In this document: one piece after another, positions 58,864 through 64,000 of the stretch | Layout of the letters: each line of letters starts with the position of its first letter | Numbering within the stretch: the first letter of the stretch is position 1 | From: an uncultured Planctomycetales bacterium | GTDB taxonomy: Bacteria; Omnitrophota; Gorgyraeia; Zapsychrales; Fredricksoniimonadaceae | NCBI GenBank assembly: GCA_964520655.1 | Contig: CAZFNI010000004.1 | Coordinates: 25,628-89,627, forward strand | Length of the DNA stretch: 64,000 bases | Reading direction: 5' to 3' | The notes under the pieces: model-generated | The model's database searches: none | Seen by the model: only the letters and a program-made list of their open reading frames with translations | Told to the model about the DNA's origin: nothing | Program-made: the position numbers and the translations under genes

Positions 58864-61374
58864 ATGCGCATTGCAGATCTAGCTAAAGAACTAAAGATCA
58901 CCGAGGCTCGCATTTTAAACAAGATCAAAGATCTTAAATTGCGGACCAAGGATGGTCTGGAAATAACCGCGGGTGTGGAGATGATCGTCCGTGATGCCCT
59001 GGCTGATGAGGGCATTGGGGCGCGTATTGTCGAGCCAGAACCTGTGAAGAAGACCGTTAAGAAAACAGCTGCCAAATCCACATCGACGGCCAAGACCAAG
59101 ACCGCCGCGAAGGCGAAAGATGGTGCTGCTAAGAAAGAGGGCGAGCCCAAGGATAAAGAAGGGGCTAAGGCTGCTGTCAAGAAAACAGCTAAATCTTCCA
59201 AGTCTAAAAAATCTCCGATCGTGGAGAAGATCATTGTGGCCAAATCCGGCCCGCTGCCAAAGGTTGAGCCTCCAAAGCCTGTGGCCGCTCCGGTAAAGGT
59301 GGAGGCGCCCAAGCCTGTTCCGCCTAAAGTTGAACCTCCCAGGGTTGAAGCTGTTGTCAAGCCTGTGGTTGTGGAGCCGGTTAAGGCAGAGCCGCCAAAG
59401 GTCGATGTTTCCAATGTTGTCACTCCGCCGGGGACCCCTGTTTTTGATCCGATCAAGAAAAAACCCCGTGTGGACGAACCATTTGTAACGGTTAAACCAT
59501 TGGTCAAGAAGCGGCGTAAATTTGAAGGGGAAGCGTCGGGAGCTGGTCCAAGGGATCACAAGCCATCGACAAGCATTGACGCGGCCGGCCAAACAGCGGC
59601 GGCGCAAGGGCCACTCGTGGATGTGGAGTTAACGATCCCTATTTCCGTTAAAGATTTTGCCGCGCGCACCAATCAGAAATTGAACGTGGTCTTAAAACGT
59701 TTGCTGGATATGGGCGTTTTTGCCAATATTAATCAGAACTTAGGCGAAGACCTGGTCTTAAAGCTGGCTTCTGCTTTTGGGATCAATGTCCTTAAGACGA
59801 AGACCCAGGAAGAAGCTGTCGTTGATCTGCATGCTCAGGAAAAAGATGATCCGGCCTCATTAAGGCCTCGTGCTCCGGTTGTCACCTTTATGGGGCATGT
59901 TGATCATGGGAAAACATCGTTGTTGGATGCTATCCGTTCAGCGCGTGTTGCTCAAGGGGAACACGGGGGTATCACCCAGCATATCGGGGCTTATTCTGTT
60001 GAAGTCCCCAGCGGCGGGCATATCACATTCTTAGATACTCCCGGCCATGAGGCTTTTACTGCCATGCGTTCCCGCGGGGCTCACATCACGGACATGGTTG
60101 TGCTTGTTGTTGCGGCGGATGAAGGGATCATGCCTCAGACCGAGGAGGCGATCGATCACGCCCGCGCGGCCAATGTGCCGATCATCGTGGCGTTAAACAA
60201 GATCGATAAAAAGACAGCCAACCCAGACCGGGTGAAAAAACAATTGGCGGAGCGTGATCTGTCCGCGGAAGATTGGGGTGGTAAGGTCGGTGTCGTGGGG
60301 GTATCGGCCCTGACGGGCGAAGGCATCAATGACCTCTTAAGCCGTATTCTGCTGGAAGCTGAGATCCTGGAATTAAAAGCGAATCCGTCAAAGAAAGCCT
60401 CTGGTATTGTCATTGAAGCGCATGTCAGCAAGGGTCGCGGGGCGATCGCCTCCATGATCGTTCAAAGTGGGACATTGCGTGAAGGCGATGCCATTGTCGT
60501 CGGTCCTTATGCCGGACGCGTGAAGGCGATGCTTGATGACAGGGAACGTCCGATCAAGGAAGCGGGACCATCCAAACCTGTTGAGATATTAGGCTTGTCT
60601 GAAGTCCCTGCGGCAGGCGAGATGTTCTATGTTGTCGCGGATGAAAAGACCGCGCGCGAGATCGCCGCTGATCGTCAGGAAAAGATCAAGAATGAAAAAT
60701 TGTCCGGTACAGCGAAAGTCTCTCTCGAAGAATTATACGCTCAGATCCAGGAAGGTCACATCAAGGAAATGCGCGTTGTCATCAAGGGCGATGTGCAGGG
60801 TTCCCTGGAAGCGCTGAAAGAATCTTTATCCAAGATACCGACCAATGAGGTCAAGCTGCGTTTTATGCATGTTGGCGTCGGCGATGTTAATTCTTCGGAT
60901 GTGATCCTGGCCATGGCCTCTCAGGCGGTCATCATTGCTTTTAATGTCGGGATCGATACAAAAGCCCGTCAGGAAATGGAAAAGACTCCTGTTGATGTGC
61001 GTCAATACCGCATCATCTATGACGCGGTCGAGGATGTGCACAAAGCCTTGGAAGGGCTGCTGGCGCCGAAACTCAAACGCCATTTCGTGGCCAAGGTGGA
61101 GATCCGCAATGTGTTCAAATTAAGCAAGAGCGGCATTGTCGCCGGGTGTTACGTCCAGAAGGGTAAGATCCGCCACAAGTCCCAGGTGGATGTGTTGCGC
61201 AACGGCGCGGTTGTCTTTACGGGTCATTTAAGCAGTCTGAAGCGTTTTAAAGACGACGTGAAGGAAGTCGGGGAAGGTTTTGAATGCGGTATCACCGTCG
61301 CGAATTTTAATGAGATCCAGGTCGGGGATATCATCGAAGCCTTTGATATTGAATCCATTGCTCGAAAGTTATAA
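58864..61374 (+). CDS. infB: Translation initiation factor IF-2 (836 aa)
   Basis: Low-complexity K/P/A/V-rich N-terminus. The G-domain carries 'GHVDHGKTSLLD', 'DTPGHEAF' and 'NKID'. Confidence 0.9.
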   Translation: MRIADLAKELKITEARILNKIKDLKLRTKDGLEITAGVEMIVRDALADEGIGARIVEPEPVKKTVKKTAAKSTSTAKTKTAAKAKDGAAKKEGEPKDKEGAKAAVKKTAKSSKSKKSPIVEKIIVAKSGPLPKVEPPKPVAAPVKVEAPKPVPPKVEPPRVEAVVKPVVVEPVKAEPPKVDVSNVVTPPGTPVFDPIKKKPRVDEPFVTVKPLVKKRRKFEGEASGAGPRDHKPSTSIDAAGQTAAAQGPLVDVELTIPISVKDFAARTNQKLNVVLKRLLDMGVFANINQNLGEDLVLKLASAFGINVLKTKTQEEAVVDLHAQEKDDPASLRPRAPVVTFMGHVDHGKTSLLDAIRSARVAQGEHGGITQHIGAYSVEVPSGGHITFLDTPGHEAFTAMRSRGAHITDMVVLVVAADEGIMPQTEEAIDHARAANVPIIVALNKIDKKTANPDRVKKQLAERDLSAEDWGGKVGVVGVSALTGEGINDLLSRILLEAEILELKANPSKKASGIVIEAHVSKGRGAIASMIVQSGTLREGDAIVVGPYAGRVKAMLDDRERPIKEAGPSKPVEILGLSEVPAAGEMFYVVADEKTAREIAADRQEKIKNEKLSGTAKVSLEELYAQIQEGHIKEMRVVIKGDVQGSLEALKESLSKIPTNEVKLRFMHVGVGDVNSSDVILAMASQAVIIAFNVGIDTKARQEMEKTPVDVRQYRIIYDAVEDVHKALEGLLAPKLKRHFVAKVEIRNVFKLSKSGIVAGCYVQKGKIRHKSQVDVLRNGAVVFTGHLSSLKRFKDDVKEVGEGFECGITVANFNEIQVGDIIEAFDIESIARKL

Positions 61375-61382
61375 GCATCGTT

Positions 61383-62369
61383 ATGTCTAAACGTGTTTTC
61401 TCAGCCATGCGTCCGACAGGCAAGCTGCACCTAGGCCACCTGTTGGGCGCATTGCATAATTGGGTCGTTCTGCAGCGCGACTATGAGTGCGTTTACAGCA
61501 TCGCCGACTGGCATGCCTTGATGGGGGAGTATGAGAACCCTAAAGAGATCAGGCGCAACATTGTGGATATGGCCATTGACTGGATCGCCTGCGGCATCGA
61601 CCCAAAGAAAAGCATCATCTATGTCCAAAGCGATGTTAAGGAGCATCTGGAGCTGCAGATGATCCTTTCGTGTTTAACTCCTTTGGGATGGCTGGAGAGA
61701 AATCCGACCTATAAAGAACAACTGCGTGAGATCACCACTCGAGATCTGCAGACCTACGCGTTCTTGGGATATCCAGTCCTTCAAGCCGCAGACATCTTGT
61801 TGTACAAAGCTGATGCCGTGCCGATCGGCGAGGATCAGCTTCCCCATTTGGAATTGTGCCGGGAGATCGCCCGCCGTTTCAATTTTCTTTATAAGAAAGA
61901 AGTGTTCGCCGACTGTAAAGCGATCATGACTCAAACGCCGAGATTGCTGGGGACGGACAATCGCAAGATGAGCAAAAGTTACGGCAATACGATCAATTTG
62001 TCTCATGAGCCCTCTGAAGTCAATGGTGTCGTTGCCAAGATGATCACGGATCCCAAACGTTTGCGCAAAACAGATCCTGGTCACCCGGATGAGTGCAATG
62101 TGTTTAGCTATTATTCCACGCTGGCTGATGAAGCGGTGAAGGCAGAATGCCGCCAGTGGTGCACGACGGCACAGAAGGGTTGCACAGACTGCAAGAAAGA
62201 GCTCGCCGGTATTATCAATGATAAAGTCCTGGCTCCGATCTTAGAAAAACGCCGGGCATTGCTGGCTAAAACAGATACGGTCGAAGATATCCTAAACGAC
62301 GGGGCGAAAAAAGCCCGGGCCATTGCCCAAGAGACAATGGCGCAAGTCCGCGAGGCTGTTCTTTCATGA
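61383..62369 (+). CDS. trpS: Tryptophanyl-tRNA synthetase (328 aa)
   Basis: HIGH motif 'TGKLHLGHL' and 'KMSKS' are present. Confidence 0.9.
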   Translation: MSKRVFSAMRPTGKLHLGHLLGALHNWVVLQRDYECVYSIADWHALMGEYENPKEIRRNIVDMAIDWIACGIDPKKSIIYVQSDVKEHLELQMILSCLTPLGWLERNPTYKEQLREITTRDLQTYAFLGYPVLQAADILLYKADAVPIGEDQLPHLELCREIARRFNFLYKKEVFADCKAIMTQTPRLLGTDNRKMSKSYGNTINLSHEPSEVNGVVAKMITDPKRLRKTDPGHPDECNVFSYYSTLADEAVKAECRQWCTTAQKGCTDCKKELAGIINDKVLAPILEKRRALLAKTDTVEDILNDGAKKARAIAQETMAQVREAVLS

Positions 62370-63109
62370 ACTATAAACTGCAATTAGAGAAATTTGAAGG
62401 CCCTCTGGACCTGTTGCTGTTCTTGATCAAGAAGAATGACATTGACATTTGCGACATACCGATCAGTGAGATCACTGACCAGTACATGGAATATATTGAG
62501 ATGATGAAGATGCTCGATCTGGATGTCGTCGGTGATTTTTTGGTCATGGCCGCGACATTGCTTCAGATCAAATCACGCATGCTGCTTCCGCCGGACCCAC
62601 TGGCGGTCGAGGAACCGGTTGACCCTCGCGCTCAATTAGTTCAGCGTCTGCAGGAGTATGAACAGTTCAAGCTGATCGCGGACCAGTTAAAGTCCAAAGA
62701 ATCTTTCCGTCAGGACCTTTTTAACCGAGCGGTCGATGAAGAGAAGTTGGAACAGATCAAACAGGATTCACAGGAGGTGTTCTTTGAGGCCTCATTGTTC
62801 GATCTGATCAATGCGTTGACATCGGCGTTAAAGAATACGGGTGAGAAGAAGACATATGACATCAAGTCCGAAGAATACACGATCGAAGGGAAGATCCATA
62901 CATTGCTGCATATTCTAGTTGAAAAGCCAGAGCTTAGCTTGACAGAGCTTTTTTCCAAGGCCAGCCATAAGGGTGAGATGGTGGTCATTTTTGTCGCGAT
63001 CCTGGAATTGATCCGATTGAAAGAAGTCGTTGTGCTCCAGCGTCGGCAATTCGATGATATCATCATCAGGCGCAATATCCTAAACGAACAGCCGGAACAA
63101 TCAATTTAG
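62366..63109 (+). CDS. scpA: Segregation and condensation protein A (247 aa)
   Basis: 'LEKFEGPLDLLLFLIKKNDIDICDIPISEIT' is the typical ScpA N-terminus. Confidence 0.8.
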   Translation: MNYKLQLEKFEGPLDLLLFLIKKNDIDICDIPISEITDQYMEYIEMMKMLDLDVVGDFLVMAATLLQIKSRMLLPPDPLAVEEPVDPRAQLVQRLQEYEQFKLIADQLKSKESFRQDLFNRAVDEEKLEQIKQDSQEVFFEASLFDLINALTSALKNTGEKKTYDIKSEEYTIEGKIHTLLHILVEKPELSLTELFSKASHKGEMVVIFVAILELIRLKEVVVLQRRQFDDIIIRRNILNEQPEQSI

Positions 63110-63112
63110 ATT

Positions 63113-64000
63113 ATGGAAGAGATCAACAGGCTTGTCCTAACGCAAGAGACCCAGGAAGACAGTGTTGTCAGCCTGTCCTTGAGGCCGACCGATTTTAAGG
63201 GTTTTATCGGTCAGCAGGACTTAGTCGCGGGGCTGCGTGTTGCTGTAGAGGCGGCCCAGAAACGCGGCGAACCGCTGGAGCATATGCTGTTTTCCGGCCC
63301 TCCGGGTTTAGGCAAGACATCTCTGGCGCATATCATTGCCCAGGAAATGAACGCGCGCATCACGGTGACCTCTGGACCCGCGATTGACCGCGCCGGTGAT
63401 TTTATTGGCATCTTGACGTCGCTTGAACGCGGCGACATTTTATTCATCGACGAGATCCACCGTTTGAATAAAAACATCGAAGAGTTCCTGTATCCTGCCA
63501 TGGAGAATTACAAGATCGATTTTGTGGTGGATAAAGGGCCTTATGCCAAGACCATTAATTTCAGCCTGAAACCATTCACGTTGATCGGCGCGACGACCCG
63601 CAGCGGGCTGTTGGCCTCTCCCATGAGGGATAGATTCGGTATCTTTTATCATTTGGATTTTTATAAGGTGGAAGACCTGTCAAAGATCGTGATGGCCTCT
63701 GCCCAGAAATTGGGAGTGGCTTTAAGTGCTGATGCTGCTTTTGCGATCGCGCAAAGAGCTCGTGGGACACCGCGCATTGCCAACCGCTTATTGCGGCGCG
63801 TGCGGGATTATGCCCAGGTCAAGTCTTCAGGAGGGGCGGTTGATGTCGGGATCGTTGATCTGACCATGACCGCGTTAGGGATAGATCCTCACGGTTTAGA
63901 TGACTTAGACCGCCGATTACTGACCGTCATTAAAACCCATTATTCTGGTGGGCCGGTCGGTATCGAGGCGCTGGCCGCGACATTAAATGAGGAAGCGGAC
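63113..64000 (+). CDS. ruvB: Holliday junction ATP-dependent DNA helicase RuvB (3'-truncated at window edge)
   Basis: Not in the ORF track because it runs off the window. Manual translation from the ATG at 63113 gives '...LFSGPPGLGKTSLAHIIAQEM...ILFIDEIHRL...TTRSGLLASPMRDRFG...GTPRIANRLLRR'. Confidence 0.9.
   Translation, partial: MEEINRLVLTQETQEDSVVSLSLRPTDFKGFIGQQDLVAGLRVAVEAAQKRGEPLEHMLFSGPPGLGKTSLAHIIAQEMNARITVTSGPAIDRAGDFIGILTSLERGDILFIDEIHRLNKNIEEFLYPAMENYKIDFVVDKGPYAKTINFSLKPFTLIGATTRSGLLASPMRDRFGIFYHLDFYKVEDLSKIVMASAQKLGVALSADAAFAIAQRARGTPRIANRLLRRVRDYAQVKSSGGAVDVGIVDLTMTALGIDPHGLDDLDRRLLTVIKTHYSGGPVGIEALAATLNEEAD

Noticed and set aside
58683-59607. Two long minus-strand ORFs (274 and 230 aa) inside infB
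   Set aside because: They are shadow ORFs created by the low-complexity, GC-rich K/P/A/V-coding N-terminal region of IF-2. Their low-complexity G/T/S/L-rich translation has no start context, and the infB call on the + strand is secure.

Overview
This 64-kb window looks like a gene-dense chromosomal segment from a diderm (Gram-negative-type) bacterium, and its most unusual content is a family of three very large paralogous secreted proteins. GC is about 50% by eye, and nearly all genes are on the + strand.

Recognisable housekeeping blocks:
- type IV pilus / T2SS-like assembly genes (gspK-like fragment, a pilM-pilN fusion, pilO-like, a TPR protein)
- purK-purE-ppc
- a Kdo/LPS block (hldA-like kinase, kdsB-kdsA-kdsD-kdsC-lptC/A-lptB)
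- tig-clpP, a serC-like aminotransferase with serA, purA
- uppS-cdsA-dxr-rseP
- a CpaF-like ATPase, proS, rimP-nusA-infB, trpS, scpA and the start of ruvB

A cell-envelope glycan-modification block sits between roughly 7.2 and 21.7 kb. It holds an STT3-like oligosaccharyltransferase, a trypsin-like protease, a GNAT acetyltransferase, a PIG-L/LmbE deacetylase, uppP, an APC permease, a NodB deacetylase and a 1068-aa unknown protein.

The three giant proteins are 1165, 2767 and 1084 aa. Each has a Sec-type signal peptide, a shared ~370-aa N-terminal domain and a shared ~60-aa C-terminal module. Their central regions are unrelated to one another.
- The 2767-aa member carries, in one secreted polypeptide, a CapD/WbpM-like NAD-dependent sugar dehydratase domain, a NagB-like (GlcN6P deaminase) domain, a histidine-phosphatase (RHG) domain and a protein-kinase-like domain. 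It also contains an internal ~200-aa module duplication, and the gene sits immediately upstream of the Kdo/LPS operon.
- In paralog 1, a ~135-bp segment inside the shared N-domain is inverted relative to the other two paralogs. It is flanked by a 9-bp inverted repeat and stays open in both orientations.
- An in-frame TAA splits the hldA-like sugar-kinase gene.

No rRNA, tRNA, CRISPR array or obvious transposase/integrase was found by reading the sequence.
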